A stretch of DNA of 63,998 bases, counting the filler, from Basidiobolus ranarum (taxonomy: Eukaryota): the NCBI GenBank assembly GCA_040143965.1. It is 12 parts of 12 records of this genome, joined end to end, with 100 filler letters (N's around TTAATTAATTAA, not from the genome) between each part and the next. Parts side by side here need not be neighbours in the genome. Positions count along the whole stretch, not along the records: positions 48,318 to 53,555 come from JASJQH010008532.1; positions 53,656 to 58,891 come from JASJQH010008533.1; positions 58,992 to 63,998 come from JASJQH010008621.1; 9 more parts are not named here. One strand, written 5' to 3'. The translations under genes and the position numbers were made by a program. Shown here in pieces: positions 49,493-61,496 of this stretch. The stretch's first letter is position 1. The number at the start of each line of letters is the position of its first letter. Under the pieces are notes generated by a model. That model ran no database searches. It saw only the letters and a list, made by a program, of their open reading frames with translations, and was not told where the DNA came from.

Positions 49493-51941
49493 TTTTTAGT
49501 AACTTTATTGAGCATCACCTATATATGGTGTGCTTTAAGATAATCAAAGAAGGTCAAACATAACATAAAATGAAGAAATTTGAAATTCCAGTAGAGCTTA
49601 CTAGGGAAAGGAAGGTATAAAGAATAGGTTTTGCAATATATATAGGACCAAAGCTAGTGAATCAAAGAGTCCATCAACTTGAGTGGACTGGAAGTAGGTC
49701 AGGCCTAATTGCAGAGATCAAAGCGCTCAATCTTTGCTTCAAAGCCTTCTGTTTGTGAAACTGAAAGAGAGCATCTGTTTCTTTAAACCCAAAGCATTTT
49801 TTAGCATGAGTGTAATAGAAGGGATGATGGCATATTGGACATGTAGAGCCCAGACAGAAATTATTCATTCTTCATCTGATGGCTTGAATGGCAAAGTAGC
49901 TATCTTTGATGTAGAGTGATACATCAGCACCACTGTGTGTATGATGGCTTTCCTCTTTAATATGAGCTATTCTATCTCTCCTAGTCTTAGTTTTGGATAG
50001 ATTTCTTACTTTTCTCTGAAGCATAGCCAAAGACAGTGTCAACTTGTTGTCTGGAGAGTTACCACTGTTGGTGGTAACATATTGGATGTAACCTGCTGGC
50101 TTGTGGATTTTCTTCTTGATCAGGGAAAGAGCAGTAGCAACAACTTCTTCATAGTATATGGCATTTGCCATTGCTCTGATTGGATTGGAAGAGAGTAATT
50201 TGGCATAATGTAATCCAAATCTAATTCCTAGAGTCTCAAATCTGTCAGGTACTGACTCAATACCTGTGCAACTATGAACTAGTCTGTGGTATTCTTTGGA
50301 GTGAAAGGCTGAAGCATTGATAACCCATCCAAGGGCATTTCTTTGAAGAGCCTCAATTTTCCTAATTGAGTCCTGAGGTGCAGCTAGTAGCATCATGGGA
50401 GCAGCATATTCCCACTGAGACCTGACAAAGGATCTGAAAAGGTGCAGCCTAACCAGTGGAGGCCCTCTGCTACCTTTGAGCTGGAGATAGCCCAAAGTGT
50501 GGGAAGCCTTTTTTACACATTTTGATATATGACCATCCCAATCAATACCATGCTGAGTGATTGGGAGACCAAGGTAGGGATAAGAAGCAGGAGATGGTAG
50601 GGAAATTCCTTCAAGCTGAAGGCTCCATTTCATATTAGGACCCACACAGGCAGATTTTGAAGGGTTAGGAACCATCCCATTATGGAAGCACCAGAGACTA
50701 ATCATATCCAGCATTTCCTGAGCATGTGATTGATTTTTGGGAAGGAGCTGAATATCATCAGCAAAGAGCAATGCAGATGGGACAATAGATGAAGTATCTG
50801 TAGCATTCAGAGAAGCAGCTAGATCATCAATATAGATATTGAACAGGAAAGGGGAGAGAAGTGAGCCTTGGAAAAGGCCTCTGTGTCTAGGAAAGAGATC
50901 TGATATTACTCTATTGATACTGATAGTGGAGTAGCATTTGGAGAAAAGGGAATGAACTATTCTAAGTAGCTGATCTGAGGCCTTCAAGTTCTTGATCTTT
51001 CTCTGAAGCAATGGAATGACAACTCTATCATAAGCCTGCTTGAGGTCAAAGAATACTCTATCAGCTCTAAGATCAAGGCCAGAGAGAGTGAAAGCATCAT
51101 GGGAGATAATTGAGTGACTTATTGTTGAGTACCCATTTCTGAATCCTGCTTGAGCAGGATGAAAGCTAGAGAAGGTGGATTTTTTCAGAGACTTCAGCAA
51201 ACATGCCTCAAAGATTCTTCTTAGCATTGGGGTGAGGGCTATAGGCCTAAAGTTGTTGATGGTAGTGGCACCAAGCTTCTTAGGGATTGGATGAATATGT
51301 GAGATATTCCACTGTGAAGGTGTGCATCCAAGCTTGAGACAGTAATAAAAGAATTTCTGAAGATCACCAGGAAACTCCACTCCTTGAGCTAAAACTTTCA
51401 AAATACTGACGTGAAGTTGGTCAAGGCCAGCTGACTTAGAATAAGGGTACTTTCTGATAACCTGGCCAATGGTCTTTTGACTAAACCACTGTGAGCCACT
51501 CAGAGTGTCCTCAATTGGCCCACCATACTGTGGAATTAGCCCATTGGGAAAGCATTGTTGTGAAGGATGGGAAAACACTTCCTGAAAATATTGGCAAGCA
51601 TCTTTTACTGCGGAGATAGTTGGATCTCTAGAGTTGAATATAGCATCAGCCTGAGAAAGCTCTTGAGCCAGCTTAAACAAGGTAGCAGACTTTTGAGCAG
51701 CAGTAGTTGAATTCAGCTTTTGCAAGATGAGTCTTTCTGAGTTGTTTGGTTTAGATCTTACATCATGGACAGAGTAAGATCCCAGATGAGTCTCACACAC
51801 TGCTAAGGTTTGGGAGTAAAACACTGCATATGCAGCATCAATTGCCCTAGAAATGTGGCCAAATGGAGAACTACTAGTAAATGTATCTAATAGAGTCCAA
51901 ACTTTCTCCAACAAAGTACCAAGAAAGGAAGTGGTGTTGTT
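49493..51941 (-). mobile_element. Non-LTR retrotransposon, 5'-truncated, RT plus C-terminal Cys/His motif, 3' end joined to CCCTAA repeats
   Basis: [60 protein letters not shown] and YLG. One TGA at 49872, then in-frame CPICHHPFYYTHAKKC. The 3' end reads AATAAAGTTACTAAAAA-CCTAAACCCTAA. Confidence 0.93.
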
Positions 51942-52357
51942 ACTAACTACAACAACTTGTGGAGAGGGAGAAGCAAGAAGGACAGGAGTCAATAATGCAG
52001 TCAGATCAAAGTGACCCAAATTATTTGAACCAAATTGCATTTCAAATCCATCTTTTGTCAAAGTGCAAGTGGGAATAGCCATGATTCCTGCATTGTTAAT
52101 AAGGAAATCAACTCTGCAAGAACTTCTTGAGAGAAATCACATACAGAGGCTAAATCAGAGAGATCAAGTTTTCCAACTTTAAAATCTCCTTCAGGTACTT
52201 GCTTGCAAAGTTGAGTAAGAGCTTTGTTGGCTTTGCTGGGGTTGTAGCAGGCAAGCCACACTCTAGCACCAACACGGCCAAATTTGCATGCAGTGCAGAA
52301 TCCAAGACCACTGTTGGCACCTGTAATAATTACAGTTTTTTCTTTAAGATTGGCCAT
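51942..52357 (-). pseudogene. N-terminal half of a classical short-chain dehydrogenase/reductase, fused to the RT ORF
   Basis: [44 protein letters not shown] and VVVVS. Frameshifting deletion near 52110. No YxxxK motif; intronless. Confidence 0.92.
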
Positions 52358-52543
52358 TTTGGTAGGTGTCTACTTTAACATTTTTGGTGAAAACAGTAAA
52401 GATGTGATACATCAGAAATGAAAGATCAAAGTAAGAATGTGCTTGTTTGCTTGATTTTTGGACAAAATGTGCATTTAAGCACCAATATCATATCTAAAGT
52501 TTGAACACTTAGCCAAATGTAGCATTGCAGCTTTTGAAAAGTG

Positions 52544-52861
52544 TGTTGAAGGTGGTTTGGAGAACTAGAAGAATTGGTGGTTTTCACCCATTAATTTGTT
52601 GCATAGAAAGTTGAAATTTATAGTTTTGTAAAGATGAAAACAAATTAACATCTAGAATGTGTTAAGGCAGGTCCTAGAAACATGTATGCAAAGTGTGAGG
52701 CTTCTAAAAAAATTTATATATCTTAGAGCTTCTAACTTGGTAAAAATATTCTGCATAAATTTCTCTTGAGAATAATGGGTAATACTTTAGTTCAATATAG
52801 GATAACAAAATACTAAGCTATATATGACTATATAGGTGTTTAGGCAATGCTAATTTCAACA
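52544..52861 (-). mobile_element. Copia family B LTR (shortened, no TSD)
   Basis: Matches 24249-24597. The flanks AAGTG and ATATT differ. Confidence 0.9.
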
Positions 52862-53273
52862 ATATTACCACCTAATCTTTTGCTGAGCAGGGATGTTTTG
52901 CCAAGCTTAAGTAAACTTAGACCATTGATATTGCCTGGGGAAGCACTCTATTCAACATTACTTCAAAATTTGTATCTTCAAATATGGGAGTCATATTCTA
53001 TGGGAAAGTATCTATTGGCCATCAGATTGCAGATGCTTGTATATTCTTACTTCTCAACAATCAGTGTCCTCTACCATTTCCTCAGCTTTTCCGTAACTTA
53101 ATTAGGAATAAGTCAACAAGCTCATGATCAATTGTTTAGAAACACACATTTGGTTTATCTGATGTTCATGGGGATGGTGGCGACGTCACTGAATCACACC
53201 AAATGCTCCTACTACATCTAAATGACAGGCTGCGTGTTCAAGCATAACGTTTGGGTGTCAGGGTTAGGGTAAA

Positions 53274-53555
53274 ATTCCAATCAGTATTCCAATCAATATT
53301 CCAATCTGTAGTCCAATTAGTATTCCAATCAGTATTCCAATCAGTATTCTAATCAGTATTCAAATCTAAACATCTATTAACGCAGATCAATGTATCACTT
53401 AGGGTTAGTTAGTAAACTTCTTATCTTAGCCTTTTATAGTTGTATCAGTATCTGTTGATTTCTGTCGATTTTTTACCCATTTTTTACCCATTTTTTAATC
53501 AATGTACAACAATTTATTGCATTCCCGAATTCCCAGATTTCCGGATTTCCGGATT
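53274..53555 (+). repeat. Short tandem-repeat cluster: 12-bp ATTCCAATCAGT x about 7.5, TTTTTTACCCA x2-3, TTTCCGGA-like x3
   Basis: Read directly. Starts right after TCAGGGTTAGGGT. Confidence 0.88.
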
Positions 53556-53655
53556 NNNNNNNNNNNNNNNNNNNNNNNNNNNNNNNNNNNNNNNNNNNNT
53601 TAATTAATTAANNNNNNNNNNNNNNNNNNNNNNNNNNNNNNNNNNNNNNNNNNNN

Positions 53656-56600
53656 CAACTTGGCATGGAGAAGGGGCAAAGTTCTGGAGATTATCTTGGA
53701 CAGAAATATTGAGGCCTACCTCCAAATGGATCAAAACCAAGTATGCAATATGTCAGGGTCTTTGGTACACAATGCATATTTTTTGGCTACTGTGATGGAT
53801 TCAAGGCGTACAGATTATTTGATATCAAAAACTAGAAGCTAATTAGGTCAGAGATGTGATTTTTGATGAAAAAGCGAATTTTACAACTCAAATTGCAATT
53901 CTTGATCCAGAAAACACAATCAGCACTATTCAGGAAGTGCCCAACAAAATTCCAGCTGTAGCTGAGCCCAATTTTACTGAAATTCCAGCACCAATCATAA
54001 CAGAGGCTGATTCAGTACCTGGAAGCTCATCTAGAACCAGAAATCAGACATGGAACTGGTGGAACACTTCTAATAATATTGTATTTTCTTATGCAGCATT
54101 GAATATGATAAAAGTATCCAGGGCATTTGGAAGTGATGTGAACAAGATTTGGATTTTGATATCAAACACTTAAGTTTTACTGAAATGAATATGTCCTATT
54201 CATAGTTTAGTATAAAGTTGGACTATTGGATGTGCTTAGATCACCACAGACATGCCTATAAAGCATGGATGAAAATTTGCGGTGATTTGGAGAAGTTTTG
54301 TGAAAACAGTGAAAATTGACAAAAGTGATATAGTTGATACTTCTACCAATTCAAGTAATCAACACACATTTTTGAATGGTAGAATTGAGTGCAAATAGTC
54401 AGAATATGAATAAACTAACTACTAAATAACAAGTTGCTATTTACCCAATTTCAACATTCCCAATAAACTAATTTTTTTGTATATAACTTCAACCTAACTT
54501 TTATCTTAATAATTCAAATTGTGCTTAAGCTAAAGGTTTGGTTAGAATATTGGCTATCATTTTTTCTGTAGGGCAATAGAGAAGTTCAACTGTATCATTC
54601 TCTGTTGCTTCTCTTACATAATGATGCCCACTATTTATATATTATGTTTTAGCATGAAATGTAGCATTCTTTGCCTAGGAAATACAACTTTGATTTTCAT
54701 CAAATACAGTAATAGCATGTATCTTCAAGTATCCTAGGTCTGTAAATAACTTCCTGAACCACATAGCTTCTTGTGTAGTAGCAGAGGTAGCCATATATGT
54801 GCTTCCGTAGTGGAAAGAGTTGAAGTTGGTTGCTTCTTGATATTCCAAGTTTTGGCTTCATTACCATGAAAGTGTACCCATTTCTTGATCAGCTATCATC
54901 AAGGTTTCTTCCCTGGTCAGCATCATTTTAGCATTCAGCATTTTGTGATTTAGGAGCATTTTGGGATATCAAGGTGGTATCTAGACTAATTCAGCATGAT
55001 TTTCTGATTGGGTTTATAACTCTTGATTTGGTTTCAAGAAAAATAACTTAATTCAACCATATCAGTCATCTGAAATTGGCTTGATGAGCCGCTTTTCATT
55101 TGATCAAATGCTGCTACATCATTTGTGGCTATCATCAAGTTATCCACATATAGTGCCAAGATAAGGATCCTATTTGAAGCTGTATTAATACACATACTGT
55201 GATTTGCTGTATGATCTTCTAGGTCCTGATTCATCCTCTAATGTAATTGGGATTGGAGGTTTGGTTGAATAGGGCTCAGATACAGCTGGAATTTTATCAG
55301 ATGATTCCTGAATAGTGCTAATTGTGTTTTCTGGATCATGAACTGTGATTTGAGATGAAAAATTTGCTCTCTCATACAAAACTATATCTATGAACTTGAT
55401 TAACTTCTAACTTTTGGTATCAAAAAGTCTGTAGACCTTAGATCCTTCAGAGTAACCAGGAAGTATGCATTTCCTGCTTTTGGGTTCCAATTTAGAGTTT
55501 CTTTGAGCTTGAATTGGTCTATATGCTGCGCAACCAAAGACCCTGAGATATTGCATACTTGGTTTTGATCCATTTGGAGCATCAAAGGGAGTTGAATTCT
55601 GTGGCAATCTTGTTGGGCATCTGTATTTGATACAGACTGCAGTGGAGACATCTTAAGTGCAATATTGGTAATCTAACATTTGATCATGTAACATTGATCT
55701 TGCCATTTTCACAATGGTGCTATTAACACATTCTGCACCTCCATTTTGCTGTAGAGTATCAGGCACAGTATTTGGTTGTTGAATATCATGTTTAGAACAA
55801 AAACTAGCAAAGTCTTTAGGGCAGTTTTCACTACCATTACCACTCCTTAATACCCTTATTTGTTGTGCTGATATTTCTCTATCATTGCTTTGTAGTGCTA
55901 GAATGTAGCTAAGGCTTTGGATTTTGATTTCAGGAAGAATACCCAAGTATATCTTGTTTTATTATCAATAACATTCATAAAGTATCTTTACTGCCCTAGT
56001 GAAATGTTTTCAAAGGCCCACATGGGTCACAACAAATCAGGGCAAAACTCTGAGTAGACTTGATCTCTCCAGAGCTTGAAAACAGCTGTGTGTCATGTTT
56101 TCCATATATGCAACCTTCTCACAGATCCAATTTAGTGAATTGTTCAACCACTAAGCCTGGTACATGCTAATTTTGGATCATTTGGGTCAGCTTTGGTTCC
56201 CAAATTTGGCCTAATCTTCTACGCCATGTTTGATAGCTGATTCCACTAGTTTTGGCCAAGTTTGCATGCTCAGAACTCAATAAGTTGATTTCTTGCTTGT
56301 ATAAGCTTTGAGTTTTGATCCCAGTAGCTGATTTGTTGTTATCTTTGTGAACATAATATTTGGTCCTTGACTTATTGATTGGTTTACTGAAAGTAGATTC
56401 TTTGCTACATTTGGTACATAAAGTAAATCATCCAAATATGCAGATGGGGTAGCTAAATTTTATTCTAAATTGAGCACAACTGTTCCCTTAACAACTCATT
56501 CTATTGCATTGTCATCACACAAGTAAACTCTCCTTGTTTGGATTGATTGGAAGCTAGAAAACCAATCATTCTTGTTTGACATATACTGGAAAGCTCCTGA

Positions 56601-58510
56601 ATCAATGCACCTTGTTTATGACTGTGCTTTAGTGGTTAATGATAGGGCAGACATATATAGATGATCCCTATCAGTGTATTTTATATCCAATTTCTGTAAT
56701 TGAACATTGAGCATCATCAGAAATAATATGATTTGAAATAATTTTCACCCAAGATATTGCCTATCAGCCAGACTTTTGTCTCATATAGGCCAACAAGTGT
56801 TTCCCACACAGTTAGTTGTTTTTGGATAGTTAATATGCCTCAATTGAGAGTCTCTGAGATGTAGACAAAGCATAGCGAGTGCTTTCCACAGCTTCTTGTG
56901 AAAGGCATGAATAGCTTGAGGTGGTCCCTTTGGCTCTATTGCTTCTCCTGTAACCAATCCCCAAAGGTCCTTGCCTTCTAGCACCATTTACATCTTGAAC
57001 TTCCAATGGTGAATGTCTTCATCATCAAACTTCTCCGTGCTTACAAACACAATGGTAATAGTACTTGAAGACATTCCTTTAACACCTAGTCTGGGGCTTG
57101 TAACCTGATAAAAGTGTTGAGGGGATTCAGAAGTGTTCTGGACAAGCTTTGAATTAGTGTAATAAACACTTAAGTTTTGTCGAATTAAATATGTTTAATT
57201 TATAGTTTACTATGACATTGGACCAGTTGACATGCTTAGATTATAACAAACATTCCTGTTAAGCACAGGTAAAATTTGAGTTGATTCAAATAAGTTGTTA
57301 GAAAATATTAAAAAATGACAAAAGACTATTAGACTTGCTTATTTCATACAAAATATGCCTGTTAAGCATTGATGCAATTTTGGGATGATTTAGAGAAGTT
57401 TTGTGAAAACAATGAAAATTAATAAAAGTAATCTAATTGATATTTCTATCAATTGATGTAACAAGCACATGTTTTGAATGGTAGAATTGAGTGCTATATA
57501 GCTAGAATATGAATAAACTTACTACTAAGTAATGAGTTGCTATTCACATAATTCCAACATGACAAGTCACATACCCTAGAGCAATTTCTGGAGTGTCTAG
57601 AATCCAAATTATGGGAAAGAGCAATGTCTAATGAGTTCTCTTCACTCCAGGACAATAAAACAAGATTTTAAGTCCTCTACCATCTAGGAGAAGGCCAATA
57701 GGCAACACATGGGTCTACAAGTATCAAACTGGCCTTATGGAACCATAGAGAGGTACAAAGCAAAATTAGTTGCAAAAGGTTACTACCAGACTTGGGTTGA
57801 TTTTAATGAAATGTTTGTGCCAGTAGCAAAGCTTAGCTCCATTAGATCAATCCTGACACTCTCAGCCATCCTTGACCTTGATTTATTTCAAATGGTTGAA
57901 GAAACAGCCTTTCTGATTCAAAATCTAAAACAAGATATTTAGATGGAGCAATCAGATGGTTTTGTTGACCCAAAACACCCTGACGTGGTCTTTAAACTGC
58001 ATAAATTGCTATAAAACTCAAGCAAGTATCCAGGGCATGGTGCAACAAAGTGGATGCCTATTTGGAATCACTGGTGCTACAAAAATGCACAGCAGATTGC
58101 AGTATTTAGATCAAAACAGCTGGAAATAGGATTCTTATCTTAGCACTGTATGTGGATGACTTGAGCATAGCTACATATGATCTACTAGCACTGAATCAGA
58201 CAAGAAGCTGCTTACCAAACAACTTCTGATGACTGATATGGGTGAAATAAGTTGTTTCCTTGAAATCCATATCACAAGAGATAAACCCAATCCAAAACTC
58301 ATGCTGATTCAGTCTAGACATATCCTAGATATCCTAGAATGCTGCACCATGGAGAATAGCAAGCCTGTATTAACACTAATAGATCCCAACATTAAATTAA
58401 TAATAAATTATTCAGCTTGGCTCAAAATGACTCAAATCAAAGCTAGGAGTTCCCTTATCAATCCATGTTGGGGAGTTCAATGTTTTCAGTGGGTGGAGCA
58501 TGTCCAGACA
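53656..58510 (+). mobile_element. Host copia element (integrase end 53656-54105, RT 57560-58510) split by a nested element
   Basis: RDVIFDE upstream. After the insertion: WERAM..E, YKAKLVAKGY, FVPVAKLSSIR, LYVDDL and MTDMGE. Confidence 0.88.
54106..57559 (-). mobile_element. Two-LTR, internally deleted copia family A element
   Basis: 5' LTR 57106-57559 with an internal duplication, PBS GGTTACAAGCCCC, gag-PR-IN, deleted RT with LYVDN, RNase H, and 3' LTR 54106-54456. No clear TSD. Confidence 0.9.
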
Positions 58511-58511
58511 T

Positions 58512-58891
58512 TGGACTTGTTCCATTGTGCCAGGATTAATTGGACCTTGGATCAATATATTAGCATAAAAATGATTGAAATTGATCATGCCAGAGGGGGA
58601 TGAATAGTGCCAAATTGTGGTGCATTAATTTTAGAATACTATCCAATATGATATATACAGCACAATCTGGCACTGTCACAGAGAACAAGTGTGATAGTGG
58701 GAACTGTGAGCCAATATCAGAAAAGTCCTGGATCTGAGCACAAAACTGCAGTATAACAAATGGACTTGTTCCATTGTGCCAGGATTTATTGGACCTTGAA
58801 TCAATATATATTAGAATAAAAAAGATTGAAATTGATAATGCCAGAGGGTGATGGATAGTGCCAAATTGTGCTGCATAAATTTTAGAATACT
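58512..58891 (+). repeat. About 249-bp direct repeat (1.5 copies) starting GGACTTGTTCCATTGTGCCAGG
   Basis: 58512-58640 recurs at 58761-58891. Confidence 0.85.
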
Positions 58892-58991
58892 NNNNNNNNN
58901 NNNNNNNNNNNNNNNNNNNNNNNNNNNNNNNNNNNTTAATTAATTAANNNNNNNNNNNNNNNNNNNNNNNNNNNNNNNNNNNNNNNNNNNN

Positions 58992-59149
58992 GTGCAAAGT
59001 TTGGGGCTTCTTTGAAAAATCTATATATCTGAGAACTTCAAATTCAATTTCAATTGAGAATAATGGAAAATATCTTAGTGAATTATAAGATAACTAAGTA
59101 CTAAGCTATATATGACTATATAGGTGTTTAGACAATGCTAATTTCGATA
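58992..59149 (-). mobile_element. Copia family B LTR, partial
   Basis: Matches the right half of the 24249 LTR (GCTATATATGACTATATAGGTGTTTAG). Confidence 0.88.
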
Positions 59150-59439
59150 GAAAAATGGTCATCTATTTTCACTTCATAGTTTATGAATTTGAAAAAACAC
59201 ACAGGTGGTAGCTTCATAAAGTGGAATTATGTCATTGAACTAGTACATAATTCCAAATTGCTCACAGCCTATTTTTCTAATCTCTAGGCCATAACATCCA
59301 TTTTCGATGACCATGATGAAAATCTCTCAATCAATGGAAGCATTTCTGTGACGTAGCAACACAACAAAATCCACTGAAATCGTATGATAAATTGATTGAA
59401 TTGAAGTAAATATTGGAAGCGGGTCTTTTTGAACTGAGA

Positions 59440-60968
59440 AATTATTCTTGTGAATTTGACGATCTTAGCGAGTGAAACTATTAGACAAAAGTACTATAGT
59501 TCGGTGACTGCAGGTATATGATGTGGACATACTCATCGAAAGTTAGAAGGAAACTGCTTGCGTATATTGGGTCCGTTTGGAATAACATCTACGTTTAATT
59601 TAGTTAGAATTCGCTGGTAAGATCGTCATGGCAACTTCAACCCAAACCCAACCTCATAACATCCATTCACCAATCTAATGGAATTAGTATAGCTAAGAAG
59701 CTTGTAGAGAATATGTCAAGGTTAATCGTGACCTTTATAGCCTGATGACTAGAACAGTGTTAGATTAAATCCACCAATCATAACAGCAAAAGATCTCAAG
59801 CATATAGATAGCTTCTCTACCAGGTTAGATGCTTTTCCTAATACAACGAAAGTTTAAGCTCAATATTTAAAATCAGACAGCTTCGTACGTAAAGCATAGC
59901 ACCCTACGTTGTCGGGTATGTTGGCAAAAGAGGAAGATGGAAATCCATTTTATTACTTAATGATCGCTTTGTTTGGAATATTTAGAAATTGAGCCCCATT
60001 GGTGATGACGAGATAGGGGGTGTAGAATCTACTTACTGGTATAAACCCATATATATGGTATGGATTGAACCAGAGGAACCGATACGATGGGTTTCCTATT
60101 AATAGAACTGAGGGGAACTTGGGACAAAGCTGATTTGGAGTGAACTAGTGGATGACTGGCATCCTACCTTTTAGGACAAGACAAACAAATGGCACCAACA
60201 TGCGTCTTGAGGATGAGGCCAAGCTATGTGGATTAGATTAGATTAGAGGCATAGTAACGGCTGGAATCGGTGACGAATGATCTGCTCCGACTTGAATGGC
60301 AACATAATCGGACCAGTGGCGTAGTAGAATCAATCTAGATAGCTAATCAAGAGCCATTTCCTTGGCCCCGATTCCAACCGGGAAAGATCTACTGACGTAT
60401 CGTTCCATGGCAAAACTCCATATTAAGTTCACCAATGATGACAACAGATTTCAATGGAAATGGAAAACAAATAAATAGAAGATTCCCATGATGGGTGAGT
60501 TGAATGGCAACATTCCTAATTGGGTATATTCACCATCAATTGGATTAATAACCTGCATTTATCCGTCTCTCGCAATAGAGCATAGGTATGGCAATTGGTG
60601 TGGTGGTTGAATTGGGGTATTGATGATAATGATTACTGATGAAATCTCGATAAATTGATATTCAGATTGGTGTGTATGCCTTTTGAAATATATGTCGGTG
60701 ATTACAGAATAAGCTTTAAACTATAAGGATTGGCCAGTTGATGACTCAATAGTTACTGAATTGCTGCCAGAAATGATGCCATACAACATGGGAAGTACGC
60801 GCCCCCTCCCCATATCTGTGGGTTTGCTCTGCCTCGCCGTGCTTTCCCCAAGCGGTGGGTAGACATCTGTATATCTTGCTGCTGGTAGGCCAACAATGGT
60901 CGATGCTCCACGAGTAGCCCGCTGGTGGCAGTCGCCAAATAAAGAAGTGTTATACTAGGTTGCAGCAT
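59440..60968 (-). pseudogene. Heavily eroded gene relic, possibly IRE1-like
   Basis: Signal-peptide-like start at 60968, then LPFNSPIMGIF. Broken kinase-like pieces follow in order: VLG, AV..LVDF, VIR and FHSL-KIV. Confidence 0.3.
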
Positions 60969-61496
60969 GATATGCGATATATTGGGTTGCCTTTATTAAC
61001 TCTTACTCAATAGAGAGATATATTGAACGCTACTCCGTCAAATCATTAGTTATTTCATGTGAAAGTAGCCAGCATCTTGCGATACAAAAAATGGTCTTGT
61101 GATAATCGGATATGAGAATATACATACGTGAGGGTGTGGTTTGAATGCTACCTAACAACTACTGTGGTGAAGTGTGCATGGAAACCACCGCAGTTAAGGA
61201 AAGGACTGATAAAAATATGAGCAAGAGCCATTGAATGTGCAACTAGATGAGGGGGTAGGTCAAAATTTCAAATAAGAGTGAAATGATAGTGAATACAGAT
61301 ATTAAGTCCCTAAATTAATCTTGTCTATGCATAATGGTAAAAGTAAAATACATGTGGATTCATTTGTACATGCTTTCTTCATGGTGAAACGAGAAATGTT
61401 ATGGTTATAAATAGGGGATGACAGAGAAATAACCCCAAACCTATTGCTAGTCACGTTGCAAATAACTCGTGAAGCTTGAAGCTATCAATCCATAAC

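Noticed and set aside
49872-52082. RT as telomerase, Penelope-like, retron or group II intron RT
   Set aside because: The motif set (PIPKK, FRPIAL, QAGFR, QGS.LSP.LFN, FADD) is that of non-LTR retrotransposons.
5286-58991. Regularly spaced TTAATTAATTAA palindromes as a biological array
   Set aside because: They sit inside N runs, are identical and separate size-sorted contigs, so they are assembly linkers. No cross-contig gene cluster was inferred.
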